Below, piece by piece: positions 50,352 to 59,011 of a stretch of 64,000 nt of DNA (position 1 is the stretch's first letter; every line of letters starts with the position of its first letter). The DNA comes from Marivita sp. (lineage in GTDB: Bacteria; Pseudomonadota; Alphaproteobacteria; Rhodobacterales; Rhodobacteraceae): the NCBI RefSeq assembly GCF_051251565.1, contig NZ_JBPOFB010000009.1, forward strand, positions 40,108-104,107. Direction: 5' to 3'. Both the position numbers and the translations under genes were made by a program. A model generated the notes under the pieces. That model worked only from the letters and a program-made list of their open reading frames with translations, was not told where the DNA came from and did no database searches.

Positions 50352-50352
50352 A

Positions 50353-50378
50353 GGCACGGCCCCGCAAGGGGCCATGCC
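50353..50378 (+). other. Intra-operon GC-rich stem-loop with GNRA tetraloop
   Basis: GGCACGGCCCC-GCAA-GGGGCCATGCC is an 11-bp stem with one mismatch. It starts 2 nt after the OmpA-like stop and has no U-tract. Confidence 0.4.
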
Positions 50379-50535
50379 ACCGGCCTGAAATACCGTACAA
50401 TTTCGGTAATTCGGCCCCAATGTTGCCAAGTTTTCCGCCGAACTTCGGACCGTAGCAGTCCTTCCCGAGCGACTCGGGATTGGCCTTCACGATGCAGGCA
50501 AAACGCCGCTCGTGGATGTCGTGAAGTTAGAGGAA

Positions 50536-51786
50536 ATGAGGCACATGACGAGTATCCTTCCCAGCCCCCCGCAGCCGGCACCGCTTGTCGCGTGCACAAT
50601 CAGTCGGGATGTTCAGGAATTCGACCTCCTGATCGAAGACATGGAAGCTGTTCTGGGTGAAGCCTGGGGCGACCTTGGTTTTGACGAAGCCATGCACTTC
50701 TTTTCACAAGAAGAAGGCGAAGACCTTGAGTTCGTCGCTTTGGCCATCGACGCCGAGGATGAACCGAATGTGGATCACCTCTCCTCAATCATTGCTGCCG
50801 CAAAAGCGCGCGCGATCAAGGTTGTGTTGATTGCCCATGACGTGACGCCCTCGGCGTTGCATCATCTGCTGCGACAGGGCGCGGATGAATTTGTCCCCTA
50901 CCCGCTTCCCGAAGGCGAACTGGCCGCAGCCATCGACCGGATGCGCACGCCCGAAGCCCCCCGCGTGGTTGCTGGAAAGGAGGGCAAAAGTGTCAAGCTG
51001 TCCTCTGATGGGGACGGTGTGATCATCGCGGTGCAGGGCATGGCAGGCGGGTGCGGGGCCAGCACCTTTGCCACCAACTTGGCCTGGGAACTGGCGACTG
51101 TCACCAAAGAAAAGCCGCCTCGCGTGTGCATCATGGATCTTGGTCTGCAATTTGGTGCGGTGTCGACATATCTTGACGTGCAGCGCCGCGAAGCCGTGCT
51201 TGAACTGCTGTCAGACATCGATTCGATGGACGATGACACGTTTGGGCAAGCGCTCGTCACATTCGAAGAAAAGCTGCATGTCTTTACATCGCCAGCCGAT
51301 TTGCCGCCGCTCGACATTATTGGACAAACCGAAGTGCAGGCGCTTCTGGACACGGCATCGCGCCACTTTGACTTTGTGGTCGTGGATATGCCGCCCAGCC
51401 TCGTGCAGTGGTCTGAAACGGTGCTCTATGCCGCGCAGGTCTATTTCGGCGTGATCGAGCTCGACATGCGATCGGCACAGAACACGTTCCGGCTCAAACG
51501 GGCCTTGCAGGCCGAAGACCTGCCGTTCGAAAAGATCCGCTTTGTCCTGAACCGCGCCCCGAAATTCACCGACCTTCAGGGCAAAAGCCGCCTCAAGCGG
51601 ATGCAAGAAAGCCTTGATATCTCGATTGATCTGAATTTGCCCGATGGGGGCCGCGCCGTTGGCGAGGCCGGTGACCACGGTCAGCCCTTGGGCTTGCAAC
51701 AACCGAAAAACCCGCTTCGCAAGGAAATCGCCAAACTGGCGCAGTCGCTTTACGAAGTCGGCCGCTCTGATGCTGAAGCCGCCTGA
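50536..51786 (+). CDS. cpaE: Pilus assembly ATPase-like protein CpaE/TadZ (receiver-like N-domain plus MinD/ParA-like domain)
   Basis: IIAVQGMAGGCGASTFATNLAWELA is a deviant Walker A in a ParA/MinD-like fold, with VVVDMP as Walker B. The start is uncertain: candidates at 50512 (GTG), 50536 and 50545. Confidence 0.85.
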   Translation: MRHMTSILPSPPQPAPLVACTISRDVQEFDLLIEDMEAVLGEAWGDLGFDEAMHFFSQEEGEDLEFVALAIDAEDEPNVDHLSSIIAAAKARAIKVVLIAHDVTPSALHHLLRQGADEFVPYPLPEGELAAAIDRMRTPEAPRVVAGKEGKSVKLSSDGDGVIIAVQGMAGGCGASTFATNLAWELATVTKEKPPRVCIMDLGLQFGAVSTYLDVQRREAVLELLSDIDSMDDDTFGQALVTFEEKLHVFTSPADLPPLDIIGQTEVQALLDTASRHFDFVVVDMPPSLVQWSETVLYAAQVYFGVIELDMRSAQNTFRLKRALQAEDLPFEKIRFVLNRAPKFTDLQGKSRLKRMQESLDISIDLNLPDGGRAVGEAGDHGQPLGLQQPKNPLRKEIAKLAQSLYEVGRSDAEAA

Positions 51787-51797
51787 GGAGACCCGAT

Positions 51798-53240
51798 ATG
51801 TTTTCGCGTTACAAAAAGACGGCTGACGAACCGGTTGCGATCCCCAAGGCAGCCGCCCCCAAGGCGGCACCAGCAGCAAATTCGCCCGGCCCAGCCAAAG
51901 CTCTGCGCAGAGTTTTGCCGCCCAAAGCCGCGGTGGCGGAATCGGCGGATCGTGACAAGAAACGCAAGGAACGGCTCAGCGATATCAAGCTTGATCTGCA
52001 CCGCGCGTTGCTGGACAACCTCAACCTTGCCGCATTGGACAAGGCCACCGAGGGCGAGCTTAAGGAAGAGATCAACGCGATCATCACCGAGAGCCTTCAG
52101 GAAAAGGGAATGGTGCTCAACCGCGAAGAGCGCTCGGCCCTGAACCAGGAACTGTATGACGAGGTCAAGGGTCTTGGTCCGCTGGAAACCCTGCTAAAGG
52201 ACGAAACGGTCAGCGATATTCTTGTCAACGGCCCACATCAGATTTTTGTGGAACGCGAAGGCAAGCTGCAACTCAGCGATGTGACCTTCAAGGACGAACG
52301 CCACCTGATGCGGATCATCGACAAGATCGTGTCCGCTGTTGGGCGACGGGTCGATGAATCCAATCCGTATGTGGACGCCCGTTTGATGGACGGATCGCGT
52401 TTCAACGCGATGGTGCCACCGATTGCGGTAGATGGCTCTCTTGTCTCTATTCGTAAGTTCAAAACCGACAAGCTCAGCATCGACGATCTGGTTAATTTTG
52501 GCGCTTTCACCGAAGAAATGGCTGTTTATCTTCAGGCCGCCGTGGCGACCCGCCTGAACATCATCGTGTCTGGTGGTACGGGTTCGGGTAAGACGACGAC
52601 GTTGAACGCGCTGTCGTCCTTCATCGACGACAGCGAACGCATCCTGACCATTGAGGACACTGCGGAACTTCAGTTGCAGCAGTCCCATGTGGGCCGAATG
52701 GAAAGCCGACCCGCCAACGTTGAAGGCAAAGGCGCAGTCAGCCCGCGCGATTGTCTGAAGAACGCTTTGCGCATGCGCCCTGACCGGATCATCGTCGGGG
52801 AAACCCGTGGCGAGGAAGTCATCGACATGTTGCAGGCCATGAACACCGGCCACGACGGATCGATGACCACGATCCACGCCAACTCCGCCCGCGATGGTGT
52901 CAGCCGTCTGGAAAACATGATTGCGATGGCCGGGATCGAGATGCCGCTCAAGGCGATGCGCAGCCAGATTTCATCGGCTGTGAACCTGATCGTGCAGGCG
53001 TCACGTCTGCAAGACGGTTCTCGCCGCATGACGTCGATCACGGAAATCACCGGCATGGAAGGGGATGTCATCTCGATGCAAGAGATCTTCCGCTTTCAAC
53101 GCGTCGGCCTGACCCCGGAAAACAAGATCATCGGCCATTTCACCGCAACCGGTGTCCGTTCGAACTTTGCAGAACGCTTCAAGATGTGGGGCTACGACCT
53201 GCCCCCGTCGATTTATGAACCCTTCAACGGGAACCACTGA
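51798..53240 (+). CDS. cpaF: Tad secretion ATPase CpaF/TadA
   Basis: [16 protein letters not shown] Walker [11 protein letters not shown] Asp box, [12 protein letters not shown] Walker B, and [15 protein letters not shown] His box. Confidence 0.95.
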   Translation: MFSRYKKTADEPVAIPKAAAPKAAPAANSPGPAKALRRVLPPKAAVAESADRDKKRKERLSDIKLDLHRALLDNLNLAALDKATEGELKEEINAIITESLQEKGMVLNREERSALNQELYDEVKGLGPLETLLKDETVSDILVNGPHQIFVEREGKLQLSDVTFKDERHLMRIIDKIVSAVGRRVDESNPYVDARLMDGSRFNAMVPPIAVDGSLVSIRKFKTDKLSIDDLVNFGAFTEEMAVYLQAAVATRLNIIVSGGTGSGKTTTLNALSSFIDDSERILTIEDTAELQLQQSHVGRMESRPANVEGKGAVSPRDCLKNALRMRPDRIIVGETRGEEVIDMLQAMNTGHDGSMTTIHANSARDGVSRLENMIAMAGIEMPLKAMRSQISSAVNLIVQASRLQDGSRRMTSITEITGMEGDVISMQEIFRFQRVGLTPENKIIGHFTATGVRSNFAERFKMWGYDLPPSIYEPFNGNH

Positions 53241-53242
53241 TT

Positions 53243-54211
53243 ATGACACTTAGCGCAGAACCCATTGTCTACGGCCTGATCTTCATTGCCGTCCTTGTGT
53301 TGGTCGAGGGCGTCTATCTTGTCGCGTTTGGCAAATCCATCAGCCTGAACAAACGCGTCAACCGCCGCCTTGAAATGCTCGACAAGGGGTCAAAGCGCGA
53401 CGAAGTGTTGGCCAAGCTCCGCAAGGAAATGGACCAGCACATGGCCTCGCGGGGGTTGCCGCTTTATTCGATCCTTGCAGACCGTGCCCAGAAGGCCGCG
53501 ATTGCCTTTACTCCCAAGCAGCTCATTCTTGTGATGATCGCTGTCAGCTTTGCAGCCTTTGTCGGCCTGTCGGTCGGTACAGAAGCCGGGCTTGCCGTAC
53601 GGATCGTGATGGGCATCGGGATGGGCGTGGGAGGGGTGTTTTTCTGGATTTCGTCCAAGGCCAACAAACGTCTTTCCTTGATCGAAGAACAATTGCCGGA
53701 TGCGGTGGAACTCATGGTGCGGTCATTGCGCGTGGGTCACCCGTTTTCGTCTGCGATTTCGATCGTATCAAAGGAAATCAAGGATCCTCTGGCAACCGAG
53801 TTCGGGATTATTGCCGACGAGTCCAGCTATGGCCGCGATATTGGTGACGCGCTTAAGGCAATGGCCGAACGTCTGGACATGCAGGATTTGCGGTTTCTCG
53901 CAGTGGCCGTGTCGATCCAGCAGCAGTCCGGGGGCAACCTTGCCGAAATCCTCGAGGGCCTGGCAAAGGTGATCCGTGCGCGGTTCCGTCTGTTCCGCCG
54001 TGTGAAAGCCATCACCGCAGAAGCCCAGTGGTCCGGCAAATTCTTGTCCGCCTTCCCGATTGGCGCGCTGATCGTCATTCAGTTGACCGATCCGAATTAC
54101 TACGACGAGGTTTTGGACCACCCATGGTTCATACCCGCCTGTTTCGTGGTTGGATCGTTTCTGGTCGTCAACCTTCTGGTGATGCGCACCCTTGTGAATA
54201 TCAAAGTCTGA
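53243..54211 (+). CDS. tadB: Type II secretion system F-family protein TadB
   Basis: 322 aa inner-membrane ORF with a T2SSF-like central domain, immediately after cpaF. Confidence 0.88.
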   Translation: MTLSAEPIVYGLIFIAVLVLVEGVYLVAFGKSISLNKRVNRRLEMLDKGSKRDEVLAKLRKEMDQHMASRGLPLYSILADRAQKAAIAFTPKQLILVMIAVSFAAFVGLSVGTEAGLAVRIVMGIGMGVGGVFFWISSKANKRLSLIEEQLPDAVELMVRSLRVGHPFSSAISIVSKEIKDPLATEFGIIADESSYGRDIGDALKAMAERLDMQDLRFLAVAVSIQQQSGGNLAEILEGLAKVIRARFRLFRRVKAITAEAQWSGKFLSAFPIGALIVIQLTDPNYYDEVLDHPWFIPACFVVGSFLVVNLLVMRTLVNIKV

Positions 54212-54221
54212 GGACCGGAAT

Positions 54222-55196
54222 ATGCAAGCTTTCAACCAATTCGCCTACACTCTTCTGGGCCCCGCCGGACCGATGATCATCATCGCGTCGCTGGGGTTGT
54301 TGCTGCTTGTGCTGGCGATCCCGATGTTCTTTCTGTCCCGGTCCAACCCGATGGACCGCCTGAACACTCAGGCCGGGCGCAATGCGCTTGACGCGCAAAC
54401 GCGCGCCGTGTTGCGCGACAAAAGGAAGAACGAAAAGCTTAATAAATACGCGCAATTCCTTGAACCGCAGGACGCAAAAGAACTGTCCGAAGTGCGGATG
54501 AAACTGTTGCGTGCCGGATACCGCACCAAGGACGCGGTTCAGGTCTACTACTTCGCGCAGTTCGCCCTGGGCATTGGTGGCCTGATCATCGGTGTGGCGT
54601 ATTTCATGCTTGTGATGGACCCATCCCAGGCAACCACCCAGCAAACGGTCATGTATACGCTTGGGCCGGGCGCTGCGGGTTATTACTTCCCGAAATACTG
54701 GATCACCAAGCGGGTCCAAACGCGGCAGGAAGAGATCGAAACCGGCTTTCCTGACAGTCTTGACATGATGCTTGTCTGCGTCGAAGCGGGGCAGTCCATG
54801 GACCAGTCCATTGTGCGCGTGGGCACCGAACTACGCGCCTCCTACCCCTCCCTTGCCGAGGAATTCGAACTGGTCAGCCACGAAATGAAGGCCGGCAAGG
54901 ACAAATCGGCTGTTCTGAATGACATGGGTGAACGCTGCGGGGTGCAGGACGTGATGTCCTTTGTCACCGTTCTCAACCAAAGCCAAAGCTTCGGCACCCC
55001 GATTTCTGACGCGCTTCGGGTTTATGCGGCAGAAATGCGTGACAAGCGGGTCATGCGGGCCGAAGAAAAGGCAAACAAGTTGCCAACCAAAATGACTTTG
55101 ACCACAATGATGTTCACCGTGCCGCCGCTGCTGATCATTCTTGTGGGTCCATCGGTTCTTGGCATTCAGAAACTGGGTGAAATGGGGGGGCCGTAA
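54222..55196 (+). CDS. tadC: Type II secretion system F-family protein TadC
   Basis: 324 aa ORF. FPDSLDMMLVCVEAGQS and RAEEKANKLPTKMT are typical of TadC. Confidence 0.88.
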   Translation: MQAFNQFAYTLLGPAGPMIIIASLGLLLLVLAIPMFFLSRSNPMDRLNTQAGRNALDAQTRAVLRDKRKNEKLNKYAQFLEPQDAKELSEVRMKLLRAGYRTKDAVQVYYFAQFALGIGGLIIGVAYFMLVMDPSQATTQQTVMYTLGPGAAGYYFPKYWITKRVQTRQEEIETGFPDSLDMMLVCVEAGQSMDQSIVRVGTELRASYPSLAEEFELVSHEMKAGKDKSAVLNDMGERCGVQDVMSFVTVLNQSQSFGTPISDALRVYAAEMRDKRVMRAEEKANKLPTKMTLTTMMFTVPPLLIILVGPSVLGIQKLGEMGGP

Positions 55197-55200
55197 CCCG

Positions 55201-55761
55201 ATGAAGCTTGGCCGCACCTTGGCCGTCGTGATCGCATTCGGAGTGACCGCCTGTGGACCGGGCGGTTTTTCCACGTCCGACGGTTCTGTTTTTGCCCCCA
55301 GCGTGGACCCAAGAGGTGCCGCTGTTGATCAATTGACGGTCGGCCACAGGCTGATGGCTGCGGGCGAACATGAACTCGCGCTCAGCTCATTTCAGCTTGC
55401 AGCGGCGGAACAGGGCCTGACCCCCGAAGTGATCACATCGCTAGGCTCTGCCAACCTCGCGCTTGGCCGCCTGAACCAGGCAGAAGACCTTTTGCGCCGC
55501 GCCATCAAAGACGATCCAGACAGCCCGGATGCTTGGAACAATCTTGGCGTTGTGTTGATCGAACAGGGCAAAACCCCCGAGGCCGCACAGACTTTTCAAC
55601 GGGCCTTCGCGCTCGACAATGGCGAAAGTGTTGCAATTCGGGATAATCTGCGCTTGGCTCTCGCAAAAATGGAAAATTCGCAGTATGATGCGACAATAGA
55701 ACAAGAATATAAACTTGTGCGGCGCGGCAGCGGTAGCTTCTTAATCCGTCCGACACAGTGA
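55201..55761 (+). CDS. TPR-repeat lipoprotein (TadD-like)
   Basis: MKLGRTLAVVIAFGVTACG lipobox. TPR repeats (AWNNLGVVLIEQGKTPEAAQTFQRAFALD). Confidence 0.8.
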   Translation: MKLGRTLAVVIAFGVTACGPGGFSTSDGSVFAPSVDPRGAAVDQLTVGHRLMAAGEHELALSSFQLAAAEQGLTPEVITSLGSANLALGRLNQAEDLLRRAIKDDPDSPDAWNNLGVVLIEQGKTPEAAQTFQRAFALDNGESVAIRDNLRLALAKMENSQYDATIEQEYKLVRRGSGSFLIRPTQ

Positions 55762-55788
55762 TGAGGCAGAGCAGTAGAGGACGCAAAA

Positions 55789-56649
55789 ATGCGCCATCCC
55801 TTTATCGTAACCCTGTGTGTAACAGGGGCGTTTGCACTTGCTGGGTGCGACCAACGTATTGATACCGAAGCTGTCGATCGGGAGTTTCAGGGCGTAAACG
55901 CCATTGATGGAACCAACCTGAACGAGGTGATGCTGACAGTATCGGACCCCAACGAGTCCGTATCCTATTTCCAAAGGGCCAGCAACGCCGCGCCCGAGCG
56001 TATGGACCTGCTCCGCAGCCTGGCCATTTCGCTTATTCGTGCCAGACGCAACACCGAAGGTGTGGCCGCATGGGCACGGGTGGTCGCGCATGAAGAGGCG
56101 ACCGACGATGACCGCGTCGAACTGGCAGATGCGCTGATCCGCAACAATGAATGGGACCGCGCTGAAACCGTTCTTAATGCGATCAATCCCACGCATGAAA
56201 CGTTCAAGCGCTATCGCCTTGAAGCGATGATCGCTGACAGCAATAAACAGTGGGACAAGGCCGACAGTTTCTATGAAATCGCCGTTGGCCTGACGACCAC
56301 CCCGGCATCGGTCCTGAACAACTGGGGCTTTTCCAAACTGACCCGTGGTGATTTTCCGGGGGCTGAACGCCTGTTCACTCAGGCGATCCAGAATGACAAC
56401 GACCTGTTCACCGCAAAGAACAACCTCGTGCTCGCGCGCGGGGCGCAGGGCAATTATGTTCTGCCCGTGGTGCCGATGACGCAGGTGGAACGCGCAGAGC
56501 TGCTGCATTCCATGGGGCTGGCAGCGGTCAAGCGCGGCGATGTCATCACCGGTCGCGGCTTGATGCGCGAAGCAATCGAAACCCATCCGCAGCATTTTGA
56601 GGCCGCTTCACGGAGCCTGAAGGCGCTTGAATCCTCGGTAGTGAACTGA
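55789..56649 (+). CDS. Second TPR-repeat lipoprotein
   Basis: Lipobox FALAGC. TPR-like repeats (NNWGFSKLTRGDFPGAERLFTQAIQND). Confidence 0.75.
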   Translation: MRHPFIVTLCVTGAFALAGCDQRIDTEAVDREFQGVNAIDGTNLNEVMLTVSDPNESVSYFQRASNAAPERMDLLRSLAISLIRARRNTEGVAAWARVVAHEEATDDDRVELADALIRNNEWDRAETVLNAINPTHETFKRYRLEAMIADSNKQWDKADSFYEIAVGLTTTPASVLNNWGFSKLTRGDFPGAERLFTQAIQNDNDLFTAKNNLVLARGAQGNYVLPVVPMTQVERAELLHSMGLAAVKRGDVITGRGLMREAIETHPQHFEAASRSLKALESSVVN

Positions 56650-56657
56650 GCCGCCCG

Positions 56658-57149
56658 ATGGATGTCTCGGCGTTTTCGGCATTGGTGTTTCTGCCTTTCG
56701 TGCTGCCTGTCTGCGTCTATGTCGCGTTTTCGGATATGCGCGACATGCGCATTCCGAACCAGATGGTCGTGCTTTTGTTCGGCATCTACGCGGTGGTCGG
56801 CCTGATCGCCCTGCCCTTTGATGCATATCTCTGGCGCTACCTGCACCTAGTCGTTGTGCTGGTCGCAGGCATTGCGTTGAATGCAGGCGGGATCATGGGC
56901 GCAGGCGATGCCAAATTCGCCGCCGCCGCCGCCCCCTTTATCCATGTGGGGGATATGCGGTTCCTGATGGCGCTGTTTGCCGCCAACATTCTGGCTGCGT
57001 TTGTGGCGCATCGCATCGGCAAACACACAGCTCTGCGCAAGATCGCTCCGCATTGGGCAAGCTGGACAAACCCCAAATTCCCCATGGGACTGACCCTTGG
57101 CGGGACATTGGCCATCTACCTTGCCTTGGGGGCGTGGTTTGGCAGGTGA
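56658..57149 (+). CDS. cpaA: A24-family prepilin peptidase CpaA/TadV
   Basis: 163 aa polytopic ORF with two catalytic Asp contexts, FSDMRDMRIPN and GAGDAKF. Confidence 0.85.
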   Translation: MDVSAFSALVFLPFVLPVCVYVAFSDMRDMRIPNQMVVLLFGIYAVVGLIALPFDAYLWRYLHLVVVLVAGIALNAGGIMGAGDAKFAAAAAPFIHVGDMRFLMALFAANILAAFVAHRIGKHTALRKIAPHWASWTNPKFPMGLTLGGTLAIYLALGAWFGR

Positions 57150-57244
57150 CTGCCAACAACCGGTCCCGCCCTAGCCCTTCTGTTGCCACATTGGCCTGCG
57201 AGGGTCAGCCTAACATACTTGGCTGAATCACTCCGGGGCTTCCG

Positions 57245-58549
57245 ATGAACATGCAAACAAGCGCTGTCATGGCGCCTCCTCCGCCCAAGCGATTGGAAGA
57301 CATGCGGCTTCAGCCGGTGATGATGCGCGACATCATCCTCAAGACGATCTTCCGCAAGAACGTCTCAACGGCAACCGCAATTGCTCAGTCTGTATGCCTG
57401 CCTGTGCCCATCACCCAAGAGCTGATCGACTACGCGCGCGGTCAGTTGCTGCTTGAGGCCACAGGCACCCTGAACGCGAATAACGGGTCAGAGATGGGCT
57501 ATCAGCTCACCGATGCGGGCAAGGCCCGTGCGCTGGATGCGTTGGCGCAATCCGAGTACTATGGTGCGATGCCGGTCCCGCTTGAGGTCTATTCCGAACA
57601 GATCAAACGGCAGTCGATCCGCAACATCCACATCTCGCGGCAACAGCTGACCGATGCGATGGGGCACCTTATTTTGCCGCCTGCCCTTCTGGGCGATCTT
57701 GGTCCTGCCGTTGGCGCGGGACGCTCGATCCTGATGTACGGCCCTCCGGGCAACGGGAAATCGTCGATCTCTAACGGCATCCGCGACGCGATGGGGGACA
57801 AGATTTATATCCCCCACGCCATCGAATACGCTGGTCAGGTGATCACCGTCTATGATCCCATTGTGCACAGCGCTGCCGAAACCGCGTCAAGCGCAAGCGG
57901 CCTGCGCCTGACCAACCGCTTTGACACCCGCTACGTTCTGTGCGCGCGCCCCACCGTCATCACCGGTGGTGAATTGTCTCTTGATATGCTCGACCTTGTC
58001 TATAACCCGACAGCGCGCACCTATCAGGCGCCGCTACAACTCAAATCCACCGGCGGCATCTTTATCGTCGACGACCTTGGTCGTCAGGCCGAACCGCCGC
58101 AAAAGCTGGTCAACCGCTGGATTGTTCCGCTGGAGGAATCCCGCGATATCCTTGCGTTGCAGTCAGGCGAAAAATTCGAAGTGCCGTTTGACACGCTGGT
58201 TATTTTCTCGACCAACTTCCACCCGAACGAGATCTTTGACCAGGCCGCCCTGCGCCGGATCTTTTTCAAGATCAAAATCGACGGGCCAGATCAGCAGAAC
58301 TTTCTCAAGATTTTCTCAATGGTGGCCAAGAAGAAGAAAATGCAGCTCTGTGAAACATCGCTGATCCACCTTCTCAAGACCAAGTATCCGACCATCGGCA
58401 ACATCTACGCCAACTACCAACCGGTCTTCCTGATCGACCAGATGATCGCGGTCTGCGACTTTGAAGGGTGGCCCTATAAGATGACCCCCGAACTGGTGGA
58501 CCGTGCCTGGGCGAACATGTTCGTGAAGGACGAAAAGATTGTGAAATAA
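57245..58549 (+). CDS. AAA+ ATPase of unknown function with N-terminal winged-helix-like region
   Basis: 434 aa ORF. Walker A ILMYGPPGNGKSS, Walker B IFIVDDLG, sensor-1-like VIFSTN, and ALRRI (Arg finger/sensor 2 candidate). Same strand as the tad genes, 95 nt after cpaA. Confidence 0.8.
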   Translation: MNMQTSAVMAPPPPKRLEDMRLQPVMMRDIILKTIFRKNVSTATAIAQSVCLPVPITQELIDYARGQLLLEATGTLNANNGSEMGYQLTDAGKARALDALAQSEYYGAMPVPLEVYSEQIKRQSIRNIHISRQQLTDAMGHLILPPALLGDLGPAVGAGRSILMYGPPGNGKSSISNGIRDAMGDKIYIPHAIEYAGQVITVYDPIVHSAAETASSASGLRLTNRFDTRYVLCARPTVITGGELSLDMLDLVYNPTARTYQAPLQLKSTGGIFIVDDLGRQAEPPQKLVNRWIVPLEESRDILALQSGEKFEVPFDTLVIFSTNFHPNEIFDQAALRRIFFKIKIDGPDQQNFLKIFSMVAKKKKMQLCETSLIHLLKTKYPTIGNIYANYQPVFLIDQMIAVCDFEGWPYKMTPELVDRAWANMFVKDEKIVK

Positions 58550-58718
58550 GCGTGACGAGGCGGAGTCGGCCCCACGAAAACTGTGGACCCGTCAACGCAT
58601 CCGGCACCTTGCGGCTACACCGCGTTCCCCATCACGGGCAACAGCGTCCAGTCTTGGGCAAAAAACCAAGATTTGCCCTTGACGGCACGCGCCCCCCTTC
58701 GTACTCACGCGACGGTCC

Positions 58719-58795
<77 letters not shown>

Positions 58796-58984
58796 TTAAT
58801 CCTTTGGATATCTGCACATTTTGCGCGAAACAGCACTGTGTGCTCCCGGGCTCGCATAGCCAACACAATACCATCCAGAGTTCCCAGCCATGCATAAATC
58901 GGGCTAAAGCGCGTACCCCTACGGCTTTGCCCGCGCGGTTGCGAAATCACCCCAGACAACCCCGCGATCAATCAACGACCCAGA

Positions 58985-59008
58985 GTGTGCCTGACGCCTC
59001 AGGCACAC
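58985..59008 (-). terminator. Perfect 10-bp hairpin 3 nt downstream of the fusion-gene stop
   Basis: GTGTGCCTGA-CGCC-TCAGGCACAC. There is no clear U-tract on either strand. Confidence 0.45.
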
Positions 59009-59011
59009 GAA

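Noticed and set aside
58640-58718. Possible terminator hairpins (TCTTGG..CCAAGA and GGGCAAA..TTTGCCC) and a TTGACG -35-like element upstream of tRNA-Met.
   Set aside because: The stems are short (6-7 bp), mutually exclusive, and lack a U-tract. No convincing -10 element follows the TTGACG at the proper spacing.
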